This document shows, in pieces, positions 22,930-44,677 of a DNA stretch of 64,000 nt (its first letter is position 1; each line of letters starts with the position of its first letter). Made by a program: the position numbers and the translations under genes. Location: the NCBI RefSeq assembly GCF_009914755.1, contig NC_060948.1. One strand, written 5' to 3'. The notes under the pieces were generated by a model, which was given only the letters and a program-made list of their open reading frames with translations, did not search any database and was not told the DNA's origin. The stretch is from the human T2T-CHM13v2.0 reference genome, Homo sapiens.

Positions 22930-25029
22930 AGATCCATATTTTTTAAATGAAAAAAAATTTCAAAGGTACTCTGCTTGGTACAATAATCAAATGTATAAAC
23001 TGAGGAATAAAACATAACCATGAAACCTACTTATAACTGCATATGGAAAATACAGAGGATAATTTTTTAAATAACATATTATGAAAGCCTTAACTAGTAA
23101 TTTGAAGAGCTGGCATTTGAAATGCCAGTATGAATATACCTTCAAAGCAGCAACACAGGTTCCCCATGAGAAAAAGCAAACACAGGGAAAATAAAAACAC
23201 AAAGGTTCAATCTCTTCTGACCTTTGAAAGACACAGCACAGACAGTGGTCCTTAGGACGAAGAGCAGGAGACCCCTAATTCCGTCACCATGGCGATAGGG
23301 CATAAACATTGCTGGGTGAGGGCACAATCCACATTGTGAGGTCCAACTGCTGCCAGGAAGACAGGAGTGCTTTTACATAGACCGAAAGGTCATTGAAGGC
23401 TCCGAGTTTTGTTTCAAGAACTGAATCCCAAGCCCACACGTTATTAGGCTGCGCTTCTTAAAACAAGTTATGAGATGGGAAAAAGGGCACCCACAAACAT
23501 ACGTATACATTATGTATATAATAATATACAGTATCATATATATAATATATATAACCTATGTATAATATTGTTTTACATCCTGCATCTTATGTTATATATA
23601 TTGTATAAAATATAATAATTGATAATATATAAGTTTTATAATTATACAGTAAGACATATAGTATATATTATAATTTATGACATATGTAATATATGTTATA
23701 AGTCATATATAGAATATATTATACGGTTAATATACGTATTAAATATAAATTATACATTATATATATTATATATAATATATCTGTTATATATAATACCCAT
23801 TATGCATAATATATATATTATGTCTATGTTATATATAGTATAAAACAACATATAATAATATATAATTGTATATATAAAATGCGACATATAATATATATTA
23901 TATTTTATAACATATGTAATATATATTATATATAATACGTTGTATGTATAATACCTATATTAAATATATATTATATGACTATGTTATTAATTACTTGTCA
24001 CATGTGTTATATATTATATATTTTACATAGAATATACCGGTTACATACAATATATACTATGTTACCTATAATGTATAATTTATTACATGTAAAATAAAGA
24101 ATGCAATATATTATGTATAATTTATAATATACAATATGTGGAATGTGATATATGTAACATATAATATATGATATATGATATACAGTATATGATATATAAC
24201 ATACAATATATGATTCCTAATATATATGGTATACAATATATATTTTATGATATGTATTCTATATGTTTTATATTCTGTTATATATAACTATTTGAAATTA
24301 TATATAACTGTATAATATTTTATGTAAATATGTAATATAATATATATAACTATATAATATATTATATATAACTATATATTATGTTATATATACTTTTATA
24401 ACATAATTTACATAAAATATCATAATATAATATATATTATAATATTTCATATTACATAATATATATTACATATCACCCAATATAACTAACATACATAATA
24501 TTATAATATAGATTATATTATGTTATATTAAATATCATATATATCATGTATCATATATTCTATAATATATATTACACATTATATAATATGTATGTTGTCT
24601 ATTATGTGATATATATAACTATATATATAATTATATTTTTATACATATAACCGGATAAACATGTAATTCTACATATTTTCATTTATAATATGTAGAATTA
24701 TATAATCATATATAATTATTTATATTCTATAAAAAATTTTATCATTATATAAATTATAATATATAAAAATTATAATATGTACTACAAATATATATATATT
24801 ATATATCATATATGATATAGTACCTTTGTTATATATCATAATACATATAAATGTGTATTATGTTATCTATAATTATATAATTTCATATATAAGATGTATA
24901 ATATGTATCATATATTATATATGTTATGTAATATATATAGTATATATAAGATGACACAGGATAAATATTATATACTATGACATATAAAATATATGAGGTT
25001 ATATGTTACATATAAGGCAAAGCACATAA

Positions 25030-25344
<315 letters not shown>

Positions 25345-27444
25345 AGATCCATATTTTTTAAATGAAAAAAAATTTCAAAGGTACTCTGCTTGGTACAATA
25401 ATCAAATGTATAAACTGAGGAATAAAACATAACCATGAAACCTACTAATAACTGCATATGGAAAATACAGAGGATAATTTTTTAAATAACATATTTTGAA
25501 AGCCTTAACTAGTAATTTGAAGAGTTGGCATTTGAAAGGCCAGTATGAATATACCTTCAAAGCAGCAACACAGGTTCCCCATGAGAAAAAGCAAACACAG
25601 GGAAAATAAAAACACAAAGGTTCAATCTCTTCTGACCTTTGAAAGACACAGCACAGACAGTGGTCCTTAGGACGAAGAGCAGGAGACCCCTAATTCCGTC
25701 ACCATGGCGATAGGGCATAAACATTGCTGGGTGAGGGCACAATCCACATTGTGAGGTCCAACTGCTGCCAGGAAGACAGGAGTGCTTTTACATAGACCGA
25801 AAGATCATTGAAGGCTCAGAGTTTTGTTTCAAGAACTGAATCCCAAGCCCACACGTTATTAGGCTGCGCTTCTTAAAACAAGTTATGAGATGGGAAAAAG
25901 GGCACCCACAAACATACGTATACATTATGTATATAATAATATACAGTATCATATATATAATATATATAACCTATGTATAATATTGTTTTACATCCTGCTT
26001 CCTATGTTATATATATTGTATAAAATATAATAATTGATAATATATAAGTTTTATAATTATACAATATGACATATAGTATATATTATAATTTATGACATAT
26101 ATAATATATGTTATATATCATATATAGAATATATTATACGGTTAATATACGTATTAAATATAAATTATACATTATATATATTATATATAATATATCTGTT
26201 ATATATAATACCCATTATGCATAATATATATATTATGTCTATGTTATATATAGTATAAAACAACATATAATAATATATAATTGTATATATAAAATGCGAC
26301 ATATAATATATATTATATTTTATAACATATGTAATATATATTATATATAATACGTTGTATGTATAATACCTATATTAAATATATATTATATGACTATGTT
26401 ATTAATTACATGTCACATGTGTTATATATTATATATTTTACATAGAATATACTGGTTACATACAATATATACTATGTTACCTATAATGTATAATTTATTA
26501 CATGTAAAATAAAGAATGCAATATATTATGTATAATTTATAATATACAATATGTGGAATGTGATATATGTAACATATAATATATGATATATGATATACAG
26601 TATATGATATATAACATACAATATATGATTCCTAATATATATGGTATACAATATATATTTTATGATATGTATTCTATATGTTTTATATTCTGTTATATAT
26701 AACTATTTGAAATTATATATAACTGTATAATATTTTATGTAAATATGTAATATAATATATATAACTATATAATATATTATATATAACTATATATTATGTT
26801 ATATATACTTTTATAACATAATTTACATAAAATATCATAATATAATATATATTATAATATTTCATATTACATAATATATATTACATATCACCCAATATAA
26901 CTAACATACATAATATTATAATATAGATTATATTATGTTATATTAAATATCATATATATCATGTATCATATATTCTATAATATATATTACACATTATATA
27001 ATATGTATGTTGTCTATTATGTGATATATATAACTATATATATAATTATATTTTTATACATATAACTAGATAAACATGTAATTCTACATATTTTCATTTA
27101 TAATATGTAGAATTATATAATCATATATAATTATTTATATTCTATAAAAAATTTTATCATTATATAAATTATAATATATAAAAATTATAATATGTACTAC
27201 AAATATATATATATTATATATCATATATGATATAGTACCTTTGTTATATATCATAATACATATAAATGTGTATTATGTTATCTATAATTATATAATTTCA
27301 TATATAAGATGTATAATATGTATCATATATTATATATGTTATGTAATATATATAGTATATATAAGATGACACAGGATAAATATTATATACTATGACATAT
27401 AAAATATATGAGGTTATATGTTACATATAAGGCATAGCACATAA

Positions 27445-27759
<315 letters not shown>

Positions 27760-29854
27760 AGATCCATATTTTTTAAATGAAAAAAAATTTCAAAGGTACT
27801 CTGCTTGGTACAATAATCAAATGTATAAACTGAGGAATAAAACATAACCATGAAACCTACTTATAACTGCATATGGAAAATACAGAGGATAATTTTTTAA
27901 ATAACATATTTTGAAAGCCTTAACTAGTAATTTGAAGAGTTGGCATTTGAAAGGCCAGTATGAATATACCTTCAAAGCAGCAACACAGGTTCCCCATGAG
28001 AAAAAGCAAACACAGGGAAAATAAAAACACAAAGGTTCAATCTCTTCTGACCTTTGAAAGACACAGCACAGACAGTGGTCCTTAGGACGAAGAGCAGGAG
28101 ACCCCTAATTCCGTCACCATGGCGATAGGGCATAAACATTGCTGGGTGAGGGCACAATCCACATTGTGAGGTCCAACTGCTGCCAGGAAGACAGGAGTGC
28201 TTTTACATAGACCGAAAGGTCATTGAAGGCTCAGAGTTTTGTTTCAAGAACTGAATCCCAAGCCCACACGTGATTAGGCTGCGCTTCTTAAAACAAGTTA
28301 TGAGATGGGAAAAAGGGCACCCACAAACATACGTATACATAATGTATATAATAATATACAGTATCATATATATAATATATATAACCTATGTATAATATTG
28401 TTTTACATCCTGCATCCTATGTTATATATATTGTATAAAATATAATAATTGATAATATATAATTTTATAATTATACAATATGACATATAGTATATATTAT
28501 AATTTATGACATATATAATATATGTTATATATCATATATAGAATATATTATACGGTTAATATACGTATTAAATATAAATTATACATTATATATATTATAT
28601 ATAATATATCTGTTATATATAATACCCATTATGCATAATATATATATTATGTCTATGTTATATATAGTATAAAACAACATATAATAATATATAATTGTAT
28701 ATATAAAATGCGACATATAATATATATTATATTTTATAACATATGTAATATTATATATAATACGTTGTATGTATAATACCTATATTAAATATATATTATA
28801 TGACTATGTTATTAATTACATGTCACATGTGTTATATATTATATATTTTACATAGAATATACCGGTTACATACAATATATACTATGTTACCTATAATGTA
28901 TAATTTATTACATGTAAAATAAAGAATGCAATATATTATGTAAAATTTATAATATACAATATGTGGAATGTGATATATATAACATATAATATATGATATA
29001 TGATATACAGTATATGATATATAACATACAATATATGATTCCTAATATATATGGTATACAATATATATTTTATGATATGTATTCTATATGTTTTATATTC
29101 TGTTATATATAACTATTTGAAATTATATATAACTGTATAATATTTTATGTAAATATGAAATATAATATATATAACTATATAATATATTATATATAACTAT
29201 ATATTATGTTATATATACTTTTATAACATAATTTACATAAAATATCATAATATAATATATATTATAATATTTCATATTACATAATATATATTACATATCA
29301 CCCAATATAACTAACATACATAATATTATAATATAGATTATATTATGTTATATTAAATATCATATATATCATGTATCATATATTCTATAATATATATTAC
29401 ACATTATATAATATGTATGTTGTCTATTATGTGATATATATAACTATATATATAATTATATTTTTATACATATAACTGGATAAACATGTAATTCTACATA
29501 TTTTCATTTATAATATGTAGAATTATATAATCATATATAATTATTTATATTCTATAAAAAATTTTATCATTATATAAATTATAATATATAAAAATTATAA
29601 TATGTACTACAAATATATATATATTATATATCATATATGATATAGTACCTTTGTTATATATCATAATACATATAAATGTGTATTATGTTATCTATAATTA
29701 TATAATTTCATATATAAGATGTATAATATGTATCATATATTATATATGTTATGTAATATATATAGTATATATAAGATGACACAGGATAAATATTATATAC
29801 TATGACATATAAAATATATGAGGTTATATGTTACATATAAGGCAAAGCACATAA

Positions 29855-30169
<315 letters not shown>

Positions 30170-32269
30170 AGATCCATATTTTTTAAATGAAAAAAAATTT
30201 CAAAGGTACTCTGCTTGGTACAATAATCAAATGTATAAACTGAGGAATAAAACATAACCATGAAACCTACTTATAACTGCATATGGAAAATACAGAGGAT
30301 AATTTTTTAAATAACATATTTTGAAAGCCTTAACTAGTAATTTGAAGAGTTGGCATTTGAAAGGCCAGTATGAATATACCTTCAAAGCAGCAACACAGGT
30401 TCCCCATGAGAAAAAGCAAACACAGGGAAAATAAAAACACAAAGGTTCAATCTCTTCTGACCTTTGAAAGACACAGCACAGACAGTGGTCCTTAGGACGA
30501 AGAGCAGGAGACCCCTAATTCCGTCACCATGGCGATAGGGCATAAACATTGCTGGGTGAGGGCACAATCCACATTGTGAGGTCCAACTGCTGCCAGGAAG
30601 ACAGGAGTGCTTTTACATAGACCGAAAGGTCATTGAAGGCTCAGAGTTTTGTTTCAAGAACTGAATCCCAAGCCCACACGTTATTAGGCTGCGCTTCTTA
30701 AAACAAGTTATGAGATGGGAAAAAGGGCACCCACAAACATACGTATACATTATGTATATAATAATATACAGTATCATATATATAATATATATAACCTATG
30801 TATAATATTGTTTTACATCCTGCATCCTATGTTATATATATTGTATAAAATATAATAATTGATAATATATAAGTTTTATAATTATACAATATGACATATA
30901 GTATATATTATAATTTATGACATATATAATATATGTTATATATCATATATAGAATATATTATACGGTTAATATACGTATTAAATATAAATTATACATTAT
31001 ATATATTATATATAATATATCTGTTATATATAATACCCATTATGCATAATATATATATTATGTCTATGTTATATATAGTATAAAACAACATATAATAATA
31101 TATAATTGTATATATAAAATGCGACATATAATATATATTATATTTTATAACATATGTAATATATATTATATATAATACGTTGTATGTATAATACCTATAT
31201 TAAATATATATTATATGACTATGTTATTAATTACTTGTCACATGTGTTATATATTATATATTTTACATAGAATATACCGGTTACATACAATATATACTAT
31301 GTTACCTATAATGTATAATTTATTACATGTAAAATAAAGAATGCAATATATTATGTATAATTTATAATATACAATATGTGGAATGTGATATATGTAACAT
31401 ATAATATATGATATATGATATACAGTATATGATATATAACATACAATATATGATTCCTAATATATATGGTATACAATATATATTTTATGATATGTATTCT
31501 ATATGTTTTATATTCTGTTATATATAACTATTTGAAATTATATATAACTGTATAATATTTTATGTAAATATGTAATATAATATATATAACTATATAATAT
31601 ATTATATATAACTATATATTATGTTATATATACTTTTATAACATAATTTACATAAAATATCATAATATAATATATATTATAATATTTCATATTACATAAT
31701 ATATATTACATATCACCCAATATAACTAACATACATAATATTATAATATAGATTATATTATGTTATATTAAATATCATATATATCATGTATCATATATTC
31801 TATAATATATATTACACATTATATAATATGTATGTTGTCTATTATGTGATATATATAACTATATATATAATTATATTTTTATACATATAACTAGATAAAC
31901 ATGTAATTCTACATATTTTCATTTATAATATGTAGAATTATATAATCATATATAATTATTTATATTCTATAAAAAATTTTATCATTATATAAATTATAAT
32001 ATATAAAAATTATAATATGTACTACAAATATATATATATTATATATCATATATGATATAGTACCTTTGTTATATATCATAATACATATAAATGTGTATTA
32101 TGTTATCTATAATTATATAATTTCATATATAAGATGTATAATATGTATCATATATTATATATGTTATGTAATATATATAGTATATATAAGATGACACAGG
32201 ATAAATATTATATACTATGACATATAAAATATATGAGGTTATATGTTACATATAAGGCATAGCACATAA

Positions 32270-32584
<315 letters not shown>

Positions 32585-34684
32585 AGATCCATATTTTTTA
32601 AATGAAAAAAAATTTCAAAGGTACTCTGCTTGGTACAATAATCAAATGTATAAACTGAGGAATAAAACATAACCATGAAACCTACTTATAACTGCATATG
32701 GAAAATACAGAGGATAATTTTTTAAATAACATATTTTGAAAGCCTTAACTAGTAATTTGAAGAGTTGGCATTTGAAAGGCCAGTATGAATATACCTTCAA
32801 AGCAGCAACACAGGTTCCCCATGAGAAAAAGCAAACACAGGGAAAATAAAAACACAAAGGTTCAATCTCTTCTGACCTTTGAAAGACACAGCACAGACAG
32901 TGGTCCTTAGGACGAAGAGCAGGAGACCCCTAATTCCGTCACCATGGCGATAGGGCATAAACATTGCTGGGTGAGGGCACAATCCACATTGTGAGGTCCA
33001 ACTGCTGCCAGGAAGACAGGAGTGCTTTTACATAGACCGAAAGGTCATTGAAGGCTCAGAGTTTTGTTTCAAGAACTGAATCCCAAGCCCACACGTTATT
33101 AGGCTGCGCTTCTTAAAACAAGTTATGAGATGGGAAAAAGGGCACCCACAAACATACGTATACATAATGTATATAATAATATACAGTATCATATATATAA
33201 TATATATAACCTATGTATAATATTGTTTTACATCCTGCATCCTATGTTATATATATTGTATAAAATATAATAATTGATAATATATAAGTTTTATAATTAT
33301 ACAATATGACATATAGTATATATTATAATTTATGACATATATAATATATGTTATATATCATATATAGAATATATTATACGGTTAATATACGTATTAAATA
33401 TAAATTATACATTATATATATTATATATAATATATCTGTTATATATAATACCCATTATGCATAATATATATATTATGTCTATGTTATATATAGTATAAAA
33501 CAACATATAATAATATATAATTGTATATATAAAATGCGACATATAATATATATTATATTTTATAACATATGTAATATATATTATATATAATACGTTGTAT
33601 GTATAATACCTATATTAAATATATATTATATGACTATGTTATTAATTACATGTCACATGTGTTATATATTATATATTTTACATAGAATATACCGGTTACA
33701 TACAATATATACTATGTTACCTATAATGTATAATTTATTACATGTAAAATAAAGAATGCTATATATTATGTAAAATTTATAATATACAATATGTGGAATG
33801 TGATATATATAACATATAATATATGATATATGATATACAGTATATGATATATAACATACAATATATGATTCCTAATATATATGGTATACAATATATATTT
33901 TATCATATGTATTCTATATGTTTTATATTCTGTTATATATAACTATTTGAAATTATATATAACTGTATAATATTTTATGTAAATATGAAATATAATATAT
34001 ATAACTATATAATATATTATATATAACTATATATTATGTTATATATACTTTTATAACATAATTTACATAAAATATCATAATATAATATATATTATATTAT
34101 TTCATATTACATAATATATATTACATATCACCCAATATAACTAACATACATAATATTATAATATAGATTATATTATGTTATATTAAATATCATATATATC
34201 ATGTATCATATATTCTATAATATATATTACACATTATATAATATGTATGTTGTCTATTATGTGATATATATAAATATATATATAATTATATTTTTATACA
34301 TATAACTAGATAAACATGTAATTCTACATATTTTCATTTATAATATGTAGAATTATATAATCATATATAATTTTTTATATTCTATAAAAAATTTTATCAT
34401 TATATAAATTATAATATATAAAAATTATAATATGTACTACAAATATATATATATTATATATCATATATGATATAGTACCTTTGTTATATATCATAATACA
34501 TATAAATGTGTATTATGTTATCTATAATTATATAATTTCATATATAAGATGTATAATATGTATCATATATTATAGATGTTATGTAATATATATAGTATAT
34601 ATAAGATGACACAGGATAAATATTATATACTATGACATATAAAATATATGAGGTTATATGTTACATATAAGGCATAGCACATAA

Positions 34685-34999
<315 letters not shown>

Positions 35000-37104
35000 A
35001 GATCCATATTTTTTAAATGAAAAAAAATTTCAAAGGTACTCTGCTTGGTACAATAATCAAATGTATAAACTGAGGAATAAAACATAACCATGAAACCTAC
35101 TTATAACTGCATATGGAAAATACAGAGGATAATTTTTTAAATAACATATTTTGAAAGCCTTAACTAGTAATTTGAAGAGTTGGCATTTGAAAGGCCAGTA
35201 TGAATATACCTTCAAAGCAGCAACACAGGTTCCCCATGAGAAAAAGCAAACACAGGGAAAATAAAAACACAAAGGTTCAATCTCTTCTGACCTTTGAAAG
35301 ACACAGCACAGACAGTGGTCCTTAGGACGAAGAGCAGGAGACCCCTAATTCCGTCACCATGGCGATAGGGCATAAACATTGCTGGGTGAGGGCACAATCC
35401 ACATTGTGAGGTCCAACTGCTGCCAGGAAGACAGGAGTGCTTTTACATAGACCGAAAGGTCATTGAAGGCTCAGAGTTTTGTTTCAAGAACTGAATCCCA
35501 AGCCCACACGTTATTAGGCTGCGCTTCTTAAAACAAGTTATGAGATGGGAAAAAGGGCACCCACAAACATACGTATACATTATGTATATAATATTATACA
35601 GTATCATATATATAATATATATAACCTATGTATAATATTGTTTTACATCCTGCATCTTATGTTATATATATTGTATAAAATATAATAATTGATAATATAT
35701 AAGTTTTATAATTATACAATATGACATATAGTATATATTATAATTTATGGCATATATAATATATGTTATATATCATATATAGAATATATTATACGGTTAA
35801 TATACGTATTAAATATAAATTATACATTATATATATTATATATAATATATCTGTTATATATAATACCCATTATGCATAATATATATATTATGTCTATGTT
35901 ATATATAGTATAAAACAACATATAATAATATATAATTGTATATATACAATGCGACATATAATATATATTATATTTTATAACATATGTAATATATATTATA
36001 TATTATATATAATACGTTGTATGTATAATACCTATATTAAATATATATTATATGACTATGTTATTAATTACATGTCACATGTGTTATATATTATATATTT
36101 TACATAGAATATACCGGTTACATACAATATATACTATGTTACCTATAATGTATAATTTATTACATGTAAAATAAAGAATGCAATATATTATGTATAATTT
36201 ATAATATACAATATGTGGAATGTGATATATATAACATATAATATATGATATATGATATACAGTATATGATATATAACATACAATATATGATTCCTAATAT
36301 ATATGGTATACAATATATATTTTATGATATGTATTCTATATGTTTTATATTCTGTTATATATAACTATTTGAAATTATATATAACTGTATAATATTTTAT
36401 GTAAATATGTAATATAATATATATAACTATATAATATGTTATATATAACTATATATTATGTTATATATACTTTTATAACATAATTTACATAAAATATCAT
36501 AATATAATATATATTATATTATTTCATATTACATTATATATATTACATATCACCCAATATAACTAACATACATAATATTATAATATAGATTATATTGTGT
36601 TATATTAAATATCATATATATCATGTATCATATATTCTATAATATATATTACACATTATATAATATGTATGTTGTCTATTATGTGATATATATAACTATA
36701 TATATAATTATATTTTTATACATATAACTAGATAAACATGTAATTCTACATCTTTTCATTTATAATATGTAGAATTATATAATCATATATAATTATTTAT
36801 ATTCTATAAAAAATTTTATCATTATATAAATTATAATATATAAAAATTATAATATGTACTACACATATATATATTATATATCATATATGATATAGTACCA
36901 TTGTTATATATCATAATACATATAAATGTGTATTATGTTATCTATAATTATATAATTTCATATATAAGATGTATAATATGTATCATATATTATATATGTT
37001 ATGTAATATATATAGTATATATAAGATGACACAGGATAAATATTATATACTATGACATATAAAATATATGAGGTTATATGTTACATATAAGGCATAGCAC
37101 ATAA

Positions 37105-37419
<315 letters not shown>

Positions 37420-39524
37420 AGATCCATATTTTTTAAATGAAAAAAAATTTCAAAGGTACTCTGCTTGGTACAATAATCAAATGTATAAACTGAGGAATAA
37501 AACATAACCATGAAACCTACTTATAACTGCATATGGAAAATACAGAGGATAATTTTTTAAATAACATATTTTGAAAGCCTTAACTAGTAATTTGAAGAGT
37601 TGGCATTTGAAAGGCCAGTATGAATATACCTTCAAAGCAGCAACACAGGTTCCCCATGAGAAAAAGCAAACACAGGGAAAATAAAAACACAAAGGTTCAA
37701 TCTCTTCTGACCTTTGAAAGACACAGCACAGACAGTGGTCCTTAGGACGAAGAGCAGGAGACCCCTAATTCCGTCACCATGGCGATAGGGCATAAACATT
37801 GCTGGGTGAGGGCACAATCCACATTGTGAGGTCCAACTGCTGCCAGGAAGACAGGAGTGCTTTTACATAGACCGAAAGGTCATTGAAGGCTCAGAGTTTT
37901 GTTTCAAGAACTGAATCCCAAGCCCACACGTGATTAGGCTGCGCTTCTTAAAACAAGTTATGAGATGGGAAAAAGGGCACCCACAAACATACGTATACAT
38001 TATGTATATAATAATATACAGTATCATATATATAATATATATAACCTATGTATAATATTGTTTTACATCCTGCATCTTATGTTATATATATTGTATAAAA
38101 TATAATAATTGATAATATATAAGTTTTATAATTATACAATATGACATATAGTATATATTATAATTTATGGCATATATAATATATGTTATATATCATATAT
38201 AGAATATATTATACGGTTAATATACGTATTAAATATAAATTATACATTATATATATTATATATAATATATCTGTTATATATAATACCCATTATGCATAAT
38301 ATATATATTATGTCTATGTTATATATAGTATAAAACAACATATAATAATATATAATTGTATATATAAAATGCGACATATAATATATATTATATTTTATAA
38401 CATATGTAATATATATTATATATTATATATAATACGTTGTATGTATAATACCTATATTAAATATATATTATATGACTATGTTATTAATTACATGTCACAT
38501 GTGTTATATATTATATATTTTACGTAGAATATACCGGTTACATACAATATATACTATGTTACCTATAATGTATAATTTATTACATGAAAAATAAAGAATG
38601 CAATATATTATGTATAATTTATAATATACAATATGTGGAATGTGATATATATAACATATAATATATGATATATGATATACAGTATATGATATATAACATA
38701 CAATATATGATTCCTAATATATATGGTATACAATATATATTTTATGATATGTATTCTATATGTTTTATATTCTGTTATATATAACTATTTGAAATTATAT
38801 ATAACTGTATAATATTTTATGTAAATATGTAATATAATATATATAACTATATAATATGTTATATATAACTATATATTATGTTATATATACTTTTATAACA
38901 TAATTTACATAAAATATCATAATATAATATATATTATATTATTTCATATTACATTATATATATTACATATCACCCAATATAACTAACATACATAATATTA
39001 TAATATAGATTATATTATGTTATATTAAATATCATATATATCATGTATCATATATTCTATAATATATATTACACATTATATAATATGTATGTTGTCTATT
39101 ATGTGATATATATAACTATATATATAATTATATTTTTATACATATAACTAGATAAACATGTAATTCTACATATTTTCATTTATAATATGTAGAATTATAT
39201 AATCATATATAATTATTTATATTCTATAAAAAATTTTATCATTATATAAATTATAATATATAAAAATTATAATATGTACTACACATATATATATTATATA
39301 TCATATATGATACAGTACCATTGTTATATATCATAATACATATAAATGTGTATTATGTTATCTATAATTATATAATTTCATATATAAGATGTATAATATG
39401 TATCATATATTACATATGTTATGTAATATATATAGTATATATAAGATGACACAGGATAAATATTATATACTATGACATATAAAATATATGAGGTTATATG
39501 TTACATATAAGGCATAGCACATAA

Positions 39525-39839
<315 letters not shown>

Positions 39840-41943
39840 AGATCCATATTTTTTAAATGAAAAAAAATTTCAAAGGTACTCTGCTTGGTACAATAATCAA
39901 ATGTATAAACTGAGGAATAAAACATAACCATGAAACCTACTTATAACTGCATATGGAAAATACAGAGGATAATTTTTTAAATAACATATTTTGAAAGCCT
40001 TAACTAGTAATTTGAAGAGTTGGCATTTGAAAGGCCAGTATGAATATACCTTCAAAGCAGCAACACAGGTTCCCCATGAGAAAAAGCAAACACAGGGAAA
40101 ATAAAAACACAAAGGTTCAATCTCTTCTGACCTTTGAAAGACACAGCACAGACAGTGGTCCTTAGGACGAAGAGCAGGAGACCCCTAATTCCGTCACCAT
40201 GGCGATAGGGCATAAACATTGCTGGGTGAGGGCACAATCCACATTGTGAGGTCCAACTGCTGCCAGGAAGACAGGAGTGCTTTTACATAGACCGAAAGGT
40301 CATTGAAGGCTCAGAGTTTTGTTTCAAGAACTGAATCCCAAGCCCACACGTTATTAGGCTGCGCTTCTTAAAACAAGTTATGAGATGGGAAAAAGGGCAC
40401 CCACAAACATACGTATACATTATGTATATAATAATATACAGTATCATATATATAATATATATAACCTATGTATAATATTGTTTTACATCCTGCATCCTAT
40501 GTTATATATATTGTATAAAATATAATAATTGATAATATATAAGTTTTATAATTATACAATATGACATATAGTATATATTATAATTTATGACATATATAAT
40601 ATATGTTATATGTCATATATAGAATATATTATACGGTTAATATACGTATTAAATATAAATTATACATTATATATATTATATATAATATATCTGTTATATA
40701 TAATACCCATTATGCATAATATATATATTATGTCTATGTTATATATAGTATAAAACAACATATAATAATATATAATTGTATATATAAAATGCGACATATA
40801 ATATATATTATATTTTATAACATATGTAATATATATTATATATTATATATAATACGTTGTATGTATAATACCTATATTAAATATATATTATATGACTATG
40901 TTATTAATTACATGTCACATGTGTTATATATTATATATTTTACGTAGAATATACCGGTTACATACAATATATACTATGTTACCTATAATTTACAATTTAT
41001 TACATGTAAAATAAAGAATGCAATATATTATGTAAAATTTATAATATACCATATGTGGAATGTCATATATATAACATATAATATATGATATATGATATAC
41101 AGTATATGATATATAACATACAATATATGATTCCTAATATATATGGTATACAATATATATTTTATGATATGTATTCTATATGTTTTATATTCTGTTATAT
41201 ATAACTATTTGAAATTATATATAACTGTATAATATTTTATGTAAATATGTAATATAATATATATAATATATAATATATTATATATAACTATATATTATGT
41301 TATATATACTTTTATAACATAATTTACATAAAATATCATAATATAATATATATTATATTATTTCATATTACATAATATATATTACATATCACCCAATATA
41401 ACTAACATACATAATATTATAATATAGATTATATTATGTTATATTAAATATCATATATATCATGTATCATATATTCTATAATATATATTACACATTATAT
41501 AATATGTATGTTGTCTATTATGTGATATATATAACTATATATATAATTATATTTTTATACATATAACTTGATAAACATGTAATTCTACATATTTTCATTT
41601 ATAATATGTAGAATTATATAATCATATATAATTATTTATATTCTATAAAAAATTTTATCATTATATAAATTATAATATATAAAAATTATAATATGTACTA
41701 CAAATATATATATTATATATCATATATGATATAGTACCTTTGTTATATATCATAATACATATAAATGTGTATTATGTTATCTATAATTATATAATTTCAT
41801 ATATAAGATGTATAATATGTATCATATATTACATATGTTATGTAATATATATAGTATATATAAGATGACACAGGATAAATATTATATACTATGACATATA
41901 AAATATATGAGGTTATATGTTACATATAAGGCATAGCACATAA

Positions 41944-42258
<315 letters not shown>

Positions 42259-44362
42259 AGATCCATATTTTTTAAATGAAAAAAAATTTCAAAGGTACTC
42301 TGCTTGGTACAATAATCAAATGTATAAACTGAGGAATAAAACATAACCATGAAACCTACTTATAACTGCATATGGAAAATACAGAGGATAATTTTTTAAA
42401 TAACATATTTTGAAAGCCTTAACTAGTAATTTGAAGAGTTGGCATTTGAAAGGCCAGTATGAATATACCTTCAAAGCAGCAACACAGGTTCCCCATGAGA
42501 AAAAGCAAACACAGGGAAAATAAAAACACAAAGGTTCAATCTCTTCTGACCTTTGAAAGACACAGCACAGACAGTGGTCCTTAGGACGAAGAGCAGGAGA
42601 CCCCTAATTCCGTCACCATGGCGATAGGGCATAAACATTGCTGGGTGAGGGCACAATCCACATTTTGAGGTCCAACTGCTGCCAGGAAGACAGGAGTGCT
42701 TTTACATAGACCGAAAGGTCATTGAAGGCTCAGAGTTTTGTTTCAAGAACTGAATCCCAAGCCCACACGTTATTAGGCTGCGCTTCTTAAAACAAGTTAT
42801 GAGATGGGAAAAAGGGCACCCACAAACATACGTATACATTATGTATATAATAATATACAGTATCATATATATAATATATATAACCTATGTATAATATTGT
42901 TTTACATCCTGCATCTTATGTTATATATATTGTATAAAATATAATAATTGATAATATATAAGTTTTATAATTATACAATATGACATATAGTATATATTAT
43001 AATTTATGACATATATAATATATGTTATATGTCATATATAGAATATATTATACGGTTAACATACGTATTAAATATAAATTATACATTATATATATTATAT
43101 ATAATATATCTGTTATATGTAATACCCATTATGCATAATATATATATTATGTCTATGTTATATATAGTATAAAACAACATATAATAATATATAATTGTAT
43201 ATATAAAATGCGATATATAATATATATTATATTTTATAACATATGTAATATATATTATATATTATATATAATACGTTGTATGTATAATACCTATATTAAA
43301 TATATATTATATGACTATGTTATTAATTACATGTCACATGTGTTATATATTATATATTTTACATAGAATATACTGGTTACATACAATATATACTATGTTA
43401 CCTATAATGTATAATTGATTACATGTAAAATAAAGAATGCAATATATTATGTAAAATTTATAATATACCATATGTGGAATGTCATATATATAACATATAA
43501 TATATGATATATGATATACAGTATATGATATATAACATACAATATATGATTCCTAATATATATGGTATACAATATATATTTTATGATATGTATTCTATAT
43601 GTTTTATATTCTGTTATATATAACTATTTGAAATTATATATAACTGTATAATATTTTATGTAAATATGTAATATAATATATATAATATATAATATATTAT
43701 ATATAACTATATATTATGTTATATATACTTTTATAACATAATTTACATAAAATATCATAATATAATATATATTATATTATTTCATATTACATAATATATA
43801 TTACATATCACCCAATATAACTAACATACATAATATTATAATATAGATTATATTATGTTATATTAAATATCATATATATCATGTATCATATATTCTATAA
43901 TATATATTACACATTATATAATATGTATGTTGTCTATTATGTGATATATATAACTATATATATAATTATATTTTTATACATATAACTAGATAAACATGTA
44001 ATTCTACATATTTTCATTTATAATATGTAGAATTATATAATCATATATAATTATTTATATTCTATAAAAAATTTTATCATTATATAAATTATAATATATA
44101 AAAATTATAATATGTACTACAAATATATATATTATATATCATATATGATATAGTACCTTTGTTATATATCATAATACATATAAATGTGTATTATGTTATC
44201 TATAATTATATAATTTCATATATAAGATGTATAATATGTATCATATATTACATATGTTATGTAATATATATAGTATATATAAGATGACACAGGATAAATA
44301 TTATATACTATGACATATAAAATATATGAGGTTATATGTTACATATAAGGCATAGCACATAA

Positions 44363-44677
<315 letters not shown>

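Noticed and set aside
23619-23843. 74 aa Ile/Tyr-rich plus-strand ORF unique to one spacer
   Set aside because: Translation of (AT)n-like DNA, open only because private substitutions in S10 removed stop codons.
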